Shown here: piece after piece, positions 1-11,220 of the stretch
Position numbering within the stretch: position 1 is the stretch's first letter
Layout of the letters: each line of letters starts with the position of its first letter
From: Gammaproteobacteria bacterium
GTDB lineage: Bacteria > Pseudomonadota > Gammaproteobacteria > UBA4575
Reading direction: 5' to 3'
Assembly: GCA_965243395.1 (NCBI GenBank)
Contig: CBDEUS010000001.1
Coordinates: forward strand, 96,001-160,000
DNA: 64,000 nucleotides
Translations under genes and position numbers: made by a program
The notes under the pieces: generated by a model
Seen by the model: the letters and a program-made list of their open reading frames with translations, nothing else
Told to the model about the DNA's origin: nothing
Database searches by the model: none

Positions 1-2
1 TA

Positions 3-503
3 ATGGCTAAAATTACCTTACAGGGAAATGAAATTCATACAAATGGAAATCTTCCAGAAATAGGTACAAGTGCACCAGATTTTGTACTGGTGAATAAAGA
101 TTTGGAAAATGTTTCCTTGTCGTCTTTTCCAGGTAAGAAAAAACTTTTAAGTATCGTACCGAGTTTAGATACACCGGTATGCGCCACATCTACGAAAAAA
201 TTTAATGATTATGCAAAAGAAAATGAGGATGTTGTGATTATGGTTATCGCGGCAGATTTGCCTTTTGCAATGTCACGTTTTTGTAGTGCTGAAGGTGTGG
301 AAAATGTTGTACCGCTTTCAATTATGCGGTCGGATTCATTCTCACGCGATTATGGTGTATTGATTGAAGATGGTCCTCTGGCTGGTATTTCTGCACGAGC
401 ACTGGTTGTGTTAGATCAAGAAAACACAGTAATACATACTGAACTTGTTGATGAAATCGCACATGAACCAGATTACGATGCAGCCTTACAAACATTAGCT
501 TAA
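3..503 (+). CDS. tpx: thiol peroxidase (atypical 2-Cys peroxiredoxin)
   Basis: Motifs SIVPSLDTPVC, DLPFAMSRFC and EPDYDAAL are typical of Tpx. Confidence 0.95.
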   Translation: MAKITLQGNEIHTNGNLPEIGTSAPDFVLVNKDLENVSLSSFPGKKKLLSIVPSLDTPVCATSTKKFNDYAKENEDVVIMVIAADLPFAMSRFCSAEGVENVVPLSIMRSDSFSRDYGVLIEDGPLAGISARALVVLDQENTVIHTELVDEIAHEPDYDAALQTLA

Positions 504-1240
504 ACTGTTACTACTTTTGCTATTGCATCTCTTGCAGATTGAGAGAGCTTATCTCTCATTTGATTTTCACTCTCGATAGGTTCGCAAAAAGTTACTTCTG
601 CGAGAGTCGATTTTGCGCACATAATGCGAAATGAGTGCTTTATAATATTTGCTTCATCCACAAAGGGCACATGTGGGTGAGATCCATCTTCATGAGGATA
701 GCGAAGCGCTACTGGTTGTACTAATACACTCGTATCAACAGCAGCTGCAAATAGTCTAGGGTGAAATCTATGTACCTCAAATCCATGAGTTGTTTTTGCT
801 TCAGGAAAAGAGGCTACGCTTTGTCCCGCAGTTAATTTTGTTTTCATTAGTTCAATGGCTTCTGCAGCGCCATTTTTTGAACCGCGGTGAATAAACAAAG
901 TACCCGCTTTGGCTGCAAGCGTTCCTATAACGGGCCAATCGCGTATTTCGGCTTTAGATAAAAATGAAATGGGTAAAACAGATGAAATTATTAATATATC
1001 AATCCATGATATATGGTTGGAAACAACAAATGCAGGGGGTTGGGCTGGTGTTCCATGCACTTGTATATCAATGCCAATAATTTCGGCACTTCGGTGTAAC
1101 CAAGTTTGTATGATTTCATGCTGTGCGTCACTTAAATCATGACTTTGAGTGCCATGTAAGCGGATATAGGATAAGAATAATCCTTTTACAATATGCGTAA
1201 CTAAGTGTAGCAGTCTAAATAAGCCTCGGAGAATTCCCAT
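500..1240 (-). CDS. lysophospholipid/lyso-ornithine-lipid acyltransferase (PlsC/OlsA family)
   Basis: NHISWID (HX4D), GTLFIHR and FPEAKT acyltransferase blocks. Confidence 0.85.
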   Translation of the reverse strand: MGILRGLFRLLHLVTHIVKGLFLSYIRLHGTQSHDLSDAQHEIIQTWLHRSAEIIGIDIQVHGTPAQPPAFVVSNHISWIDILIISSVLPISFLSKAEIRDWPVIGTLAAKAGTLFIHRGSKNGAAEAIELMKTKLTAGQSVASFPEAKTTHGFEVHRFHPRLFAAAVDTSVLVQPVALRYPHEDGSHPHVPFVDEANIIKHSFRIMCAKSTLAEVTFCEPIESENQMRDKLSQSARDAIAKVVTV

Positions 1241-1241
1241 G

Positions 1242-3338
1242 TTAATGACTAGCTGGCTGAATGCTTGTTTCCGTGAGTACTTTTTGTAGTTCTGTAAAAG
1301 TTTCTATTGGAGCATCACATTGTGTGCCACTACATATATAAGCCGTAACTCCTTCATTACTGCTGGCTTTAAATTTCTTTTCGGCTATCGCAGCAGGTAA
1401 GTTTTTTTCATTTGCATTAATCGCAAATACCATTCTTTGCGGCGCATAGCCATGATTACAGGCTGTATACCATTTACTTAATGAATCTTCTTCTCCACAT
1501 AAGATTATAATTTGTGGTGGATGCAATTGCTCTTCGAATGCATGTAACAAGCTTGTGTGTCCAATGGGTGATTGGCTTATGGCTTGTGCAGAAAACTCAA
1601 GTGTGCGTGTGGTTGCTTCTAGATATTTTGGTTCTGCTATCAAGTAACCAAGCCGTGCCAATACAAAAGCTGCAATGCCATTGCCAGATGGGGTTGAGTC
1701 ATCACTGACCGTTTTAGGACGTTGAATTAATTGCTCATGATCGTTAGCGGTAAAATAAAAACCTCCTGAAGAGGAGTCTTCAAACTGTTCTAATAGTACA
1801 TCTGCAATTTCACAAGCCCAATTTAAATCATCAGTATTCCAACGTGCTTGTAACATCTCTAATAATGCATCTAATAAATACGCATAATCATCTAAATATG
1901 CATCAAGATGGGCTTTACCATCTTTATAGGTTGCAAATAAACGTTGCTTCTGCCACATGGTATTTCGGATAAAATTCAATGCTTGATCAGCAGAGGCAAT
2001 ATAATCAGGTTGGTTTAATGCACGGCCTGCAATGGCCATTCCACGTATCATTAATGCATTCCAGCTGGTAAGAATTTTTTCATCTCGCCCGGGTCGTATG
2101 CGTTTTTCTCGAATATTGAAAAGCTTTTGTTTTGCGCTATCGAGTAATTCAGTGAATTTTTTTGAATCGATTGAGTTCGCTAAACATATTTCCTCTTCAG
2201 TTTTGAAAGTATGCAGATGATAACTTCCTTCAAAGTTTGCAGCACCATCAAAACCAAAATGCGGAGCAAAGATAGAATATTCTTCTTGAGTTAAAATATC
2301 TTCGACCTCAGATTTTGCCCATACGTAAAACTTACCCTCAACTCCTTCAGAGTCTGCATCGAGTGTAGAGTAATAACCTCCTTCAGGTGATTGCATTTCG
2401 CGTGTGAGCCATTCTGTAGTGCTTTCGCATGTTCTTCTAAATTGGTCAGAATAGTTAAGTGAAAATGCTTGAGCATAGAGTGCCAATAATGGACCATTGT
2501 CATAAAGCATTTTTTCAAAGTGTGGAATCATCCAGTATTGATCAACGGAATAACGACTAAATCCGCCTCCAATATGATCATAAATACCACCTGCGGCCAT
2601 TTTCTCTAAACTGTGAATTGCAACATGTAAGGTGCGCGGCTTATTTTCTTGGTTGATTTTACTTTGTGCATAGTAACGCAACAATCTTTCGATATTGCTT
2701 GGATGTGGAAATTTTGGTGCATTTCCAAAGCCACCATGCTCTGCATCAAATGTTTGCTCAAGTTGTTCTGTACAGATATCTAAAATGTTTTCCGATAAAT
2801 CTATTTTGGTAAATGTTGGTTCATAGATACTCTGTAATGCTTGATGCATAGACTGGTTTTGCGTAACGATTTCGCCATGACGATTTTGATAAAAATCTGA
2901 AATGTGATGCAACAGTTCATTAAATGAAGGTAAACCATGTCGAGGCTTGTCTGGAAAATAAGTACCCCCAAAAAATGGCATTTGATCTTCGGGTGTTAAA
3001 AACATCGTAAGCGGCCAACCACCATTACGTTGAGTGAGTAAAAACTGCGCTGTTTGATAAATCTTATCGATATCGGGCCGTTCTTCGCGATCAATTTTGA
3101 TATTGATGTACAGCTCATTCATTATTTTTGCGGTCACTTCATTCTCAAATGATTCATGCGCCATCACATGACACCAATGACATGCTGAGTAACCAATAGA
3201 GAGTAAGATTGGTTTTTTTTCATCTTTTGCGCGTTGGAGCGCTTCATCGCACCACGGATACCATTCCACAGGATTATCTGCATGTTGTAGAAGATAGGGG
3301 CTTGTTTGATCAGCAAGATGGTTTTTAGTTTTTGACAT
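1242..3338 (-). CDS. thioredoxin-domain protein, YyaL/SPATA20 family
   Basis: [30 protein letters not shown] and [10 protein letters not shown]; ATG at 3338 preferred as start. Confidence 0.9.
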   Translation of the reverse strand: MSKTKNHLADQTSPYLLQHADNPVEWYPWCDEALQRAKDEKKPILLSIGYSACHWCHVMAHESFENEVTAKIMNELYINIKIDREERPDIDKIYQTAQFLLTQRNGGWPLTMFLTPEDQMPFFGGTYFPDKPRHGLPSFNELLHHISDFYQNRHGEIVTQNQSMHQALQSIYEPTFTKIDLSENILDICTEQLEQTFDAEHGGFGNAPKFPHPSNIERLLRYYAQSKINQENKPRTLHVAIHSLEKMAAGGIYDHIGGGFSRYSVDQYWMIPHFEKMLYDNGPLLALYAQAFSLNYSDQFRRTCESTTEWLTREMQSPEGGYYSTLDADSEGVEGKFYVWAKSEVEDILTQEEYSIFAPHFGFDGAANFEGSYHLHTFKTEEEICLANSIDSKKFTELLDSAKQKLFNIREKRIRPGRDEKILTSWNALMIRGMAIAGRALNQPDYIASADQALNFIRNTMWQKQRLFATYKDGKAHLDAYLDDYAYLLDALLEMLQARWNTDDLNWACEIADVLLEQFEDSSSGGFYFTANDHEQLIQRPKTVSDDSTPSGNGIAAFVLARLGYLIAEPKYLEATTRTLEFSAQAISQSPIGHTSLLHAFEEQLHPPQIIILCGEEDSLSKWYTACNHGYAPQRMVFAINANEKNLPAAIAEKKFKASSNEGVTAYICSGTQCDAPIETFTELQKVLTETSIQPASH

Positions 3339-3406
3339 GGTTGTGTTCAATTTTTATACATTTATGTAAGTTACTAACGAAGTCTAACTGTTGTTATAGT
3401 GTAAGT

Positions 3407-4204
3407 ATGCTGACTTTCCCTGAAATCGATCCAGTACTTTTTGCAATCGGCCCATTAAAACTTCGATGGTATGGCTTGATGTACGCCGTCGCTTTTTTAG
3501 GGTTTTGGTTGGTCGGACGCATTCATGCAAAAAAGACACACACAGTGGCTCAGCCCAGTGATGTTGGCGATATATTATTTTATGGCATGTTAGGTGTGAT
3601 TCTGGGAGGCAGAATAGGTTCCGTTTTGTTTTATAACTTCTCGTATTTTTTAGAAAACCCTCTTTACTTATTTAGAATATGGGAAGGTGGCATGAGTTTT
3701 CATGGTGGCTTACTGGGAGTTATTATTGCTTTATGGATTTACCAGCGTTCTAAAGGATTTGGTTTTTTGCGTACATGTGACTTTGTTGCTCCCATGGTAC
3801 CCATCGGATTAGGCGCAGGGAGAATAGGTAATTTTATTAATGGTGAATTATGGGGACGTGTAACGGATGTTCCGTGGGGTATGGTGTTTCCTCATGCGGG
3901 TAATTTGCCAAGACACCCTTCACAACTTTATCAAGCCTTTTTAGAGGGCTTATTGTTGTTCGCTATACTTTGGATATTCGCGCAAAAGCCTCGTCCAATT
4001 GGTGCGGTGTGCGGTTTGTTTGTGTTGCTATATGGTGTTTTCAGATTCGCTGCAGAATTTGTACGTCAACCGGATGCACATTTAAACTTTATTGCCTTTG
4101 ATTGGCTGACCATGGGACAGTTATTATCCTTACCAATGATAATTGTGGGAATTGTTACAATTTATCTTGCCTATAACACTTTTGGTTATGCAAAAGAGCA
4201 TTAA
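3407..4204 (+). CDS. lgt: prolipoprotein diacylglyceryl transferase
   Basis: [22 protein letters not shown] and RHPSQLY; ATG at 3407; lies upstream of thyA. Confidence 0.97.
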   Translation: MLTFPEIDPVLFAIGPLKLRWYGLMYAVAFLGFWLVGRIHAKKTHTVAQPSDVGDILFYGMLGVILGGRIGSVLFYNFSYFLENPLYLFRIWEGGMSFHGGLLGVIIALWIYQRSKGFGFLRTCDFVAPMVPIGLGAGRIGNFINGELWGRVTDVPWGMVFPHAGNLPRHPSQLYQAFLEGLLLFAILWIFAQKPRPIGAVCGLFVLLYGVFRFAAEFVRQPDAHLNFIAFDWLTMGQLLSLPMIIVGIVTIYLAYNTFGYAKEH

Positions 4205-4207
4205 TTC

Positions 4208-5002
4208 ATGCAGCAATATTTAGAACTATTACATCATGTCATGACCCATGGCATAGATAAAGATGATCGCACCGGCACAGGTACTATTTCCGTGTTTGGG
4301 TATCAAATGCGTTTTGATTTACAAAATGGGTTTCCTTTGCTGACGACTAAAAAGTTACATTTAAAGTCCATTATTCACGAATTACTCTGGTTTTTGCGTG
4401 GTGAAACGAATATTTCTTATTTGCATAAAAATGGTGTTTCTATTTGGGACGAATGGGCAGATGAAAATGGAGAGTTAGGACCAGTTTATGGTTCTCAATG
4501 GCGTAGTTGGAAAGGGGCAAGTGGTGAATCGATTGATCAAATTAGTCAATTGATCGATAACTTAAAAGAAAATCCTTTATCGAGAAGGCATATTGTGAGC
4601 GCATGGAATGTAGGTGAACTTGATAACATGGCTTTGCCTCCTTGCCATGCATTTTTTCAGTTTTATGTTGCGCAAAATAAACTCTCTTGCCAACTATATC
4701 AACGTAGTGCTGATGTATTTTTAGGCGTGCCTTTTAATATTGCATCCTATGCCTTGTTGCTACAGATGGTAGCTCAGGTAACAGGCTATCAAGCGGGTGA
4801 GTTTGTACATACTTTTGGTGATGTGCACTTATATAATAATCATATTGAACAAGCGCAAAAACAACTTAGTCGCACTCCATATGCATTACCACAAATGCAC
4901 ATTAATCCTGATGTGAAATCCATTTTCAATTTTAAATATGAAGATTTTGAATTGCAGAATTATCAATGCCATGAGCACATTTCTGCACCTATAGCGGTTT
5001 AA
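4208..5002 (+). CDS. thyA: thymidylate synthase
   Basis: DRTGTGT, MALPPCH and [14 protein letters not shown]. Confidence 0.98.
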   Translation: MQQYLELLHHVMTHGIDKDDRTGTGTISVFGYQMRFDLQNGFPLLTTKKLHLKSIIHELLWFLRGETNISYLHKNGVSIWDEWADENGELGPVYGSQWRSWKGASGESIDQISQLIDNLKENPLSRRHIVSAWNVGELDNMALPPCHAFFQFYVAQNKLSCQLYQRSADVFLGVPFNIASYALLLQMVAQVTGYQAGEFVHTFGDVHLYNNHIEQAQKQLSRTPYALPQMHINPDVKSIFNFKYEDFELQNYQCHEHISAPIAV

Positions 5003-5013
5003 GATTTTCTGTT

Positions 5014-5499
5014 ATGGAGATTGCAATCATCGTGGCGATGACGCCTTCCGGCCTCATAGGTAAAGATAAACAAATTCCTTGGCACTTACCCGCAGATTTA
5101 CAACGTTTTAAAAAAATTACCATGGGTCATCCCATCATCATGGGTCGTAAGACTTTCGAGTCACTGCCTGGTTTATTACCGGGGCGACAGCATATAGTTT
5201 TAACGCGTAATAAAAACTATCAAGCAACAGGTTGCCACGTGGTTACAAACTGGGGGCATGTTGCTCGTTTAGTAAAAGATAAAGCGTTCGTGATCGGCGG
5301 AGCTAAAATTTATGAGTATGCATTGCCTATCGCACAACAGCTCTATATCACTCTTGTACATGCTGAGCTTGAGGGAGATACGTATTTTCCTGAATGGAAT
5401 AAAGAAGAATGGAAAGAATTAGAGCGTGAGTTTCACGCAAAAGATGAAAAAAATAAATTTGATTTTGAATATATAGCTTATAAGAAATTAATTGAATGA
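5014..5499 (+). CDS. folA: dihydrofolate reductase
   Basis: IPWHLPADL, IMGRKTFES, LPGR, IGG and GDTYFP. Confidence 0.96.
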   Translation: MEIAIIVAMTPSGLIGKDKQIPWHLPADLQRFKKITMGHPIIMGRKTFESLPGLLPGRQHIVLTRNKNYQATGCHVVTNWGHVARLVKDKAFVIGGAKIYEYALPIAQQLYITLVHAELEGDTYFPEWNKEEWKELEREFHAKDEKNKFDFEYIAYKKLIE

Positions 5500-5504
5500 T
5501 TTTT

Positions 5505-6347
5505 TTATCGATTTAATCTTGTAATTTCCCTTTTTGCTTCACAGTTTAATTGATAAATAGTCAAACTTTCGGGTTCAATTTTAATTGCAGTTAGTTGCCC
5601 GCCCCATAAACAACCTGTATCGGTTGAGATGATATTTTGAAGTTGTATATGTCCCAATGTCGACCAATGACCAAATACAACTGTTGTTTCTTGGCTTTTT
5701 CGTGATGAAATTTCATACCATGGTTTCATGCGTGAGGTTTGAGTACCTGGAGGACCTTTATCCGTAAAACTCATTACGCCCTCTCTATTACAATAGCGAA
5801 CTCGGGTCATGAAATTTGTGATTGTACGTAAGCGGTTCCAGCCTTTAAGTCTCCCATCCCACTGGTTAGGTTTATCCCCGTACAAGTTGAAAAGAAAATC
5901 TTTGTATTTTTTAGACCGTAAGATCGTTTCAACTTCTTTCGCATAACCTAAAGCATCTTTAACGGTCCACTGCGGTGCTAGACCCGCATGAACCATGGCA
6001 AATTTAAGCGATTTGTTGTAACGCATTAGAGGCTGCTTGCGAAGCCAGCCAACTAATTCATCAATATCTTTGGCTTGCAGTACGCTATATAGACTGCTTG
6101 TCGTTCTAATATCTTTTGCGCCGACATAGGCAGCTAGTAGGTGTAAATCATGATTGCCTAATACAGTAACTGCAGCATTACCTAATTTTTTTACCCAGCG
6201 TAATGTTTCGAGTGATTTTGGACCGCGGTTTACTAAGTCGCCAACAAACCAAAGTTGATCTTTTTTTGGATTAAAAGATATGTAGTCGACGAGCTCTCGA
6301 AGTTCATCGTAACAGCCTTGTACATCACCGATTACATATACCGACAT
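5505..6347 (-). CDS. apaH: symmetrical bis(5'-nucleosyl)-tetraphosphatase
   Basis: GDVQGC, GDLVNRGP, GNHDLH and DTGCLWGG; operon context. Confidence 0.95.
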   Translation of the reverse strand: MSVYVIGDVQGCYDELRELVDYISFNPKKDQLWFVGDLVNRGPKSLETLRWVKKLGNAAVTVLGNHDLHLLAAYVGAKDIRTTSSLYSVLQAKDIDELVGWLRKQPLMRYNKSLKFAMVHAGLAPQWTVKDALGYAKEVETILRSKKYKDFLFNLYGDKPNQWDGRLKGWNRLRTITNFMTRVRYCNREGVMSFTDKGPPGTQTSRMKPWYEISSRKSQETTVVFGHWSTLGHIQLQNIISTDTGCLWGGQLTAIKIEPESLTIYQLNCEAKREITRLNR

Positions 6348-6458
6348 AACAATTGAGAGTTTTTGAAATATGCTAAATATTTATGAAAACAATACTAAAA
6401 AAGTAAAGCAACCATTTAGTTGCACTATTAAAGATAAAATAAATTTGTAAGAAAAGCT

Positions 6459-6842
6459 CTAGTGTAAAACGCGTGGAGCTGCCAGGGTAAATGGATCAAT
6501 GGGGGCATCAAATTCAGTGCCATCATCCGCAACCATTTGATAACTGCCTTGCATAGTGCCTACAGGTGTTTCAAGCATAGTACCGCTCGTGTATTGGAAC
6601 GCTTCACCTGGACGTAGATAGGGCTGTTCTCCAACAACTCCTTCACCTCTTACTTCTTGTGTCTTGCCATTTGAATCGGTTATTAACCAATGACGTGTGA
6701 CAAGCTTTGCTGGCACATGCCCTGAATTGTGAATGGTAACGGTGTATGCAAATACGAAGCGGCTTTCACCGGCATCAGATTGTGCTTCAATATACGAAGT
6801 GTCTACGCTGACATCGATATCGTGATTATTAGTGTCATCCAT
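6459..6842 (-). CDS. apaG: ApaG protein
   Basis: FAYTVTI, RHWLITD and GEGVVGEQP. Confidence 0.96.
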   Translation of the reverse strand: MDDTNNHDIDVSVDTSYIEAQSDAGESRFVFAYTVTIHNSGHVPAKLVTRHWLITDSNGKTQEVRGEGVVGEQPYLRPGEAFQYTSGTMLETPVGTMQGSYQMVADDGTEFDAPIDPFTLAAPRVLH

Positions 6843-6995
6843 GTTGATAATTATACCTTGTTAAAGATAAAAAACTCAGATCTAGCTAACAGTAAAAGAT
6901 GCTTAATTTTTAACCATTCTAATAACGTGTCTTTGTTGTTGAGGTGCGATTTGTTCTAAAAATATCAGTAAGTTGCAAAACAAATAGTGTTGCAC

Positions 6996-7769
6996 TTATA
7001 TCTCATTTGAAAGATTTATGTATTGTTGAATAGAAATTTCTTGGGGTCGTTGAGAAGGTTGAATATTGGCATTCTTTAGTTGTTCTTCGTTGACTAGTTT
7101 TGCAAGGCTATTTTTTATCGTTTTGCGTCTTTGTTGAAATGCCGTTTCAATTAATTTACTAAACATAGACATGTTTTTAATTTGTTTAGTGTGCTTATCA
7201 ATAGGTATCAAACGCATGAAACTCGAGTTAACTTTTGGCGGAGGATCAAATTGCTCTGGAGCGATGTTAAACAATTTTGTCGCATCGTAATGCGTTTGTA
7301 TCATGATAGTTAGACGACTGTAGTTCGAATCAAATGTTGAAGCAGTGATACGATCGACTACTTCTTTTTGCAGCATAAAATGCATATCGTTTATAAGATC
7401 TTTGTACTTAAGCAAATGAAATAATAAAGGTGTAGATATGTTGTAAGGTAAATTACCTATTAACCTTATAGATCTCGTATTTGAACTGATAGAACTTAAA
7501 TCAAAATTTAATACATCCATTTGATGAATTATTAGTTCACCACGCTCACGGTAATTTTTTTCTAGATGGTTAACTAGATCACGATCAATTTCAATTGCAT
7601 GTAATTTTTTAGATTTTCTTAGAATTGGAAATGTAATAGCACCTTTGCCCGGGCCAATTTCACAAATAAGTTGATTTTCGTTGGGGTGTATTACATGAAC
7701 AATATTCTCGATAACTGATTTATCTATAAGAAGGTGCTGTCCAAAACGTTTGCGAAGTTTAGTGTTCAC
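6996..7769 (-). CDS. rsmA: 16S rRNA m6,2A dimethyltransferase (KsgA)
   Basis: RKRFGQHLL, EIGPGKG, GNLPYNIST and PPPKVNS. Confidence 0.96.
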   Translation of the reverse strand: MNTKLRKRFGQHLLIDKSVIENIVHVIHPNENQLICEIGPGKGAITFPILRKSKKLHAIEIDRDLVNHLEKNYRERGELIIHQMDVLNFDLSSISSNTRSIRLIGNLPYNISTPLLFHLLKYKDLINDMHFMLQKEVVDRITASTFDSNYSRLTIMIQTHYDATKLFNIAPEQFDPPPKVNSSFMRLIPIDKHTKQIKNMSMFSKLIETAFQQRRKTIKNSLAKLVNEEQLKNANIQPSQRPQEISIQQYINLSNEI

Positions 7770-7842
7770 ATCTAACTCTGGTTAGATTTACATATAACAG
7801 CCTATTGTGTAATTGCATAGTAGTATACAAAAGTATGTAAAC

Positions 7843-8412
7843 TTAATTTTCAGTAGACGGAGTATTTTTTTCCACGCGCTCCTCTGGTTCGTCTGCCTGT
7901 TCATTTTGAATTTCAGTGGCTGGATCGCTTGCTTGCTTGGTCGTTAAGTCTTTCAACGCATACGTGCAGATTATTTCATAATCAGTACTTTCTTCCGGTT
8001 TCGCTAAAACAAGAGTGATAGTCACATGTGGGTGGTAAAGCAACAATAATTCGTTTGCTTTTAGGGCCTCTGAGGTGTTGGAGTCAGCAATTACGCCGAA
8101 ATTAATTTCTAAACTCTCGCCGATTTGATCCGCAATTGATCTTAAAGCAGCTAAAGCAGTGATATTTTCTTTTAATCTTATTTTACCAAGATATGCTACA
8201 CCGAGAGATGAAGCATCATTTGTAATTTCTAATTTACGAGCATCATCCGAAAGCGGTTTGAATTTGAATTTGACCTTATCTCCCTGTATTAAGTCAAAAC
8301 GCTCATTGCTACTCAGTATAATAGTTCTTTTTTCTAAGCCAGCAGCAAATATTGAAGATTGGCAAGTTAGGTAAAAGAATAATATTGCAGTTAATTTTAA
8401 TTTCATGATCAT
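7843..8412 (-). CDS. hypothetical exported protein
   Basis: 189-aa ORF with an N-terminal signal-peptide-like stretch; no family recognised. Confidence 0.6.
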   Translation of the reverse strand: MIMKLKLTAILFFYLTCQSSIFAAGLEKRTIILSSNERFDLIQGDKVKFKFKPLSDDARKLEITNDASSLGVAYLGKIRLKENITALAALRSIADQIGESLEINFGVIADSNTSEALKANELLLLYHPHVTITLVLAKPEESTDYEIICTYALKDLTTKQASDPATEIQNEQADEPEERVEKNTPSTEN

Positions 8413-8421
8413 TAAGATTAT

Positions 8422-8799
8422 TTAGACAACTTGTTCAGCGCCGTAATAGACTTTTTCAATATTCAGTACCAATGCACCTTTGCCTGGAAATTTCGGATCT
8501 AACCAGCTTTTCATGTCGTCATAGATTGGGCCATCTTCATAGTACTCAAGAGTGCCTTTTACTTGATACGACTCCCTTTCGGGTGCGATAAACAAAAGTA
8601 CTCCATTGCTACCGTCTTTGATATTTTGCAGGGTTTTATGCATTGCATTGTTTGCGATTACAAACTGGTTTTCATTGATTAGTTTTGCGCAGATCACCCA
8701 TATGGAATTAGGTTCATTATCTTTACTAAGTGTCGTTAGCACCATTCGCTCATCATGGTTTTGCCATGCAGACAGTGCTTCAGATGTGAGTTTGGCCAT
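8422..8799 (-). CDS. pyridoxamine 5'-phosphate oxidase-like FMN-binding protein
   Basis: LTTLSKDNEPN, MHKTLQNI and SYQVKGT pattern of split-barrel FMN-binding proteins. Confidence 0.75.
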   Translation of the reverse strand: MAKLTSEALSAWQNHDERMVLTTLSKDNEPNSIWVICAKLINENQFVIANNAMHKTLQNIKDGSNGVLLFIAPERESYQVKGTLEYYEDGPIYDDMKSWLDPKFPGKGALVLNIEKVYYGAEQVV

Positions 8800-8837
8800 T
8801 TACTTTATCCTGACTACGATTTATATGTTTAAATTTC

Positions 8838-9842
8838 TCAATGAGTACTTAATTTAGCAGCTAAATTAGCAGCGGTAACTAGGCTACTTTCATCTGCAAT
8901 ACCTTGTCCAGCAATATCTAAAGCTGTGCCATGATCTACAGAAGTTCTGATAATAGGTAATCCCAGCGTGACATTAACAACCTCGCCGAATCCTTGATGT
9001 TTAATTACCGGTAAACCTTGATCATGATACATAGCAACAATGACATCTTTACCCATTAATTGTTGTTGAGTAAATGCAGTATCGGCTGCCAAGGGACCTA
9101 TGATGTTTAATCCGCGTGTACGTAATTTATTCAGGACAGGGATGATAATCTGTTTTTCTTCATTCCCTAAATGTCCGTTTTCACCAGCGTGAGGATTGAG
9201 GCCACATACCGCGATACAAGGATTAGCAATATCAAACCTTGAAATTAAATCTTGATGAATAACATTTAATGTTTTTTCAATTCTCGCTTCAGTGATATGA
9301 GCTGCTACTTCACATACCGGAATATGTGTAGTTACTAGTGCGACACGTAATGAAGAGCTATTTTTGCTTTCTTGAGTTTCACTCGCTAACAACATCACGG
9401 GAAAACCACCAGTTTTCTCTGCAATGAATTCAGTATGTCCTGTAAAAGGAATGCCTGCATCATTAATAATACTTTTTTGAACAGGTGCTGTGCACAAAGC
9501 ATGTAATGAATTATTTTGTACTAAGCTTATGGCAGTATCGAGTGTGTCAATGACATAGTTTGAATTTGCGGAGTTGAGTATACCCGGCTCTGAATGATGA
9601 GGCATATCAACATCAATTACTTTTAATTGTCCTGGCTCATGCACTGCATTGTTGTCTAGTTCATCAAAAGGTTTTATTTGCACATTTAAATTAAGCTGTG
9701 TGGCTTGTTGTTGCAACATATGCATATTAGCAATCGCGACAATTTCATAACCAAGAGTATGCTGGGCAAGTTTTAAAGATAATTCTGGGCCAACGCCTGC
9801 TGGTTCGCCAGGTGTAATAGCAATACAAGTAGTTTGAGGCAT
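8838..9842 (-). CDS. pdxA: 4-hydroxythreonine-4-phosphate dehydrogenase
   Basis: GEPAGVGPE, GHTEF, NPHAGE, MYHDQGL and RTSVDHGTA. Confidence 0.97.
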   Translation of the reverse strand: MPQTTCIAITPGEPAGVGPELSLKLAQHTLGYEIVAIANMHMLQQQATQLNLNVQIKPFDELDNNAVHEPGQLKVIDVDMPHHSEPGILNSANSNYVIDTLDTAISLVQNNSLHALCTAPVQKSIINDAGIPFTGHTEFIAEKTGGFPVMLLASETQESKNSSSLRVALVTTHIPVCEVAAHITEARIEKTLNVIHQDLISRFDIANPCIAVCGLNPHAGENGHLGNEEKQIIIPVLNKLRTRGLNIIGPLAADTAFTQQQLMGKDVIVAMYHDQGLPVIKHQGFGEVVNVTLGLPIIRTSVDHGTALDIAGQGIADESSLVTAANLAAKLSTH

Positions 9843-9879
9843 GGTTTGTAATGGTCACAAACTCGCTTTCGCTAGCGAG

Positions 9880-11214
9880 TTAATTTGAGGTGTGCAAACG
9901 ATTTTCTATATAACTTTCATCGCGCAGTTGTCTTAGCCATAGCTCGGTTTCTTCTTCAATCTTTCTTTGTCGAATTTGCTCACGCGCTTCAGCTCGCATG
10001 GCTTCTTGGGAATTGTCATGCTTGCGTTTATCTAGAACTTCTACAATATGCCAGCCATATCTACTTTGAAAAGGTTCGCATATATTTTTCAGTTCAAGCG
10101 AGTCAACGACTTCTTTGAATTTAGGTACAAAATTACTCGATACGGTCCAATCCATTAAGCCACCATTAACGGCACTACCCGGATCGTCTGAATGTGCTTT
10201 GGCTAGTTCTCCAAAATCATCGCCAAGTTCAATACGGGACTTAAGTTCTTTTAGCTTACGTTCTGCTGCTTCATCAGTTAATAACGCATTTGTGCGAACT
10301 AAAATATGGCGTGCCAGAACTTGATCTACCATTGTGTTTTCAATAGCGCGGCGATCCATTACTTTAAAAATATGAAATCCTGCAGGACTTTGGCCAATAC
10401 GGCTTACATCTCCGGCCTGCATGCTATCAATTTGTTGTACAAATACTTCTGGGAGTTGAGCTTTGTTACGCCAGCCAAGGTCGCCGCCTTGGAGAGCGTC
10501 TTGAGCATCAGAAGCCGCGATTGCGAGTTTGGCAAAATTATTACCAGCTCTCGCACGATCATAAACTAACGCTGCGCGATGTTGAGATTTTTCTATTTGC
10601 CCAGGTTTAGGGTTTTCTGGCACCGCGATTAGAATATGAGCAACATGATACTCATATTCTTTTCTTAGTAAGTCTGTACTGGATTTTTTTACAAGTTCTT
10701 CTACTTCACTTTCAGGTACTTGTATACCGTTATCAATTGTACGACGGCGCAACTGATCTAAAATCATTTCATTACGTACTTGTTCACGATATGCAGAATA
10801 GTCTAGCCCTTGCTGTATTAATATTTCGCGAAACTTTTCTAGTGTGACACGATTACGTTTAGCCATATTGCGCATGGCTTGATCCAGGCTAAGTTCATCT
10901 ATTTGTATACCTCGTTGCTCCGCAATTTGCAGTTGTAAACGCTCAACAATGAGGCGTTGTAAAACTTGATCGATGAGTACATCTTGTGGTGGTAATGCTT
11001 CTGGATTATTTTCAAACTGTTTGACTAATACGCGTACGCGTTGACGTAACTCACTTTCCATAATTATGTCGTTTTCCACGACCGCGACTATTCGATCCAA
11101 CAGTTTTGCATGAACTGGTGAATTGAATGCTAGCAGTACAATGACTATTGAAAGAGTAATTAAAAATTTAGTGGTAGATTGAAATTCTATTTTACGCATT
11201 AAAAGTATACTCAT
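9880..11214 (-). CDS. surA: periplasmic chaperone/PPIase SurA
   Basis: LDRIVAVVE N-domain plus two parvulin domains (HILI...GGDLGW; HILV...GWHIVEV); lies between lptD and pdxA. Confidence 0.95.
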   Translation of the reverse strand: MSILLMRKIEFQSTTKFLITLSIVIVLLAFNSPVHAKLLDRIVAVVENDIIMESELRQRVRVLVKQFENNPEALPPQDVLIDQVLQRLIVERLQLQIAEQRGIQIDELSLDQAMRNMAKRNRVTLEKFREILIQQGLDYSAYREQVRNEMILDQLRRRTIDNGIQVPESEVEELVKKSSTDLLRKEYEYHVAHILIAVPENPKPGQIEKSQHRAALVYDRARAGNNFAKLAIAASDAQDALQGGDLGWRNKAQLPEVFVQQIDSMQAGDVSRIGQSPAGFHIFKVMDRRAIENTMVDQVLARHILVRTNALLTDEAAERKLKELKSRIELGDDFGELAKAHSDDPGSAVNGGLMDWTVSSNFVPKFKEVVDSLELKNICEPFQSRYGWHIVEVLDKRKHDNSQEAMRAEAREQIRQRKIEEETELWLRQLRDESYIENRLHTSN

Positions 11215-11220
11215 TGATAT

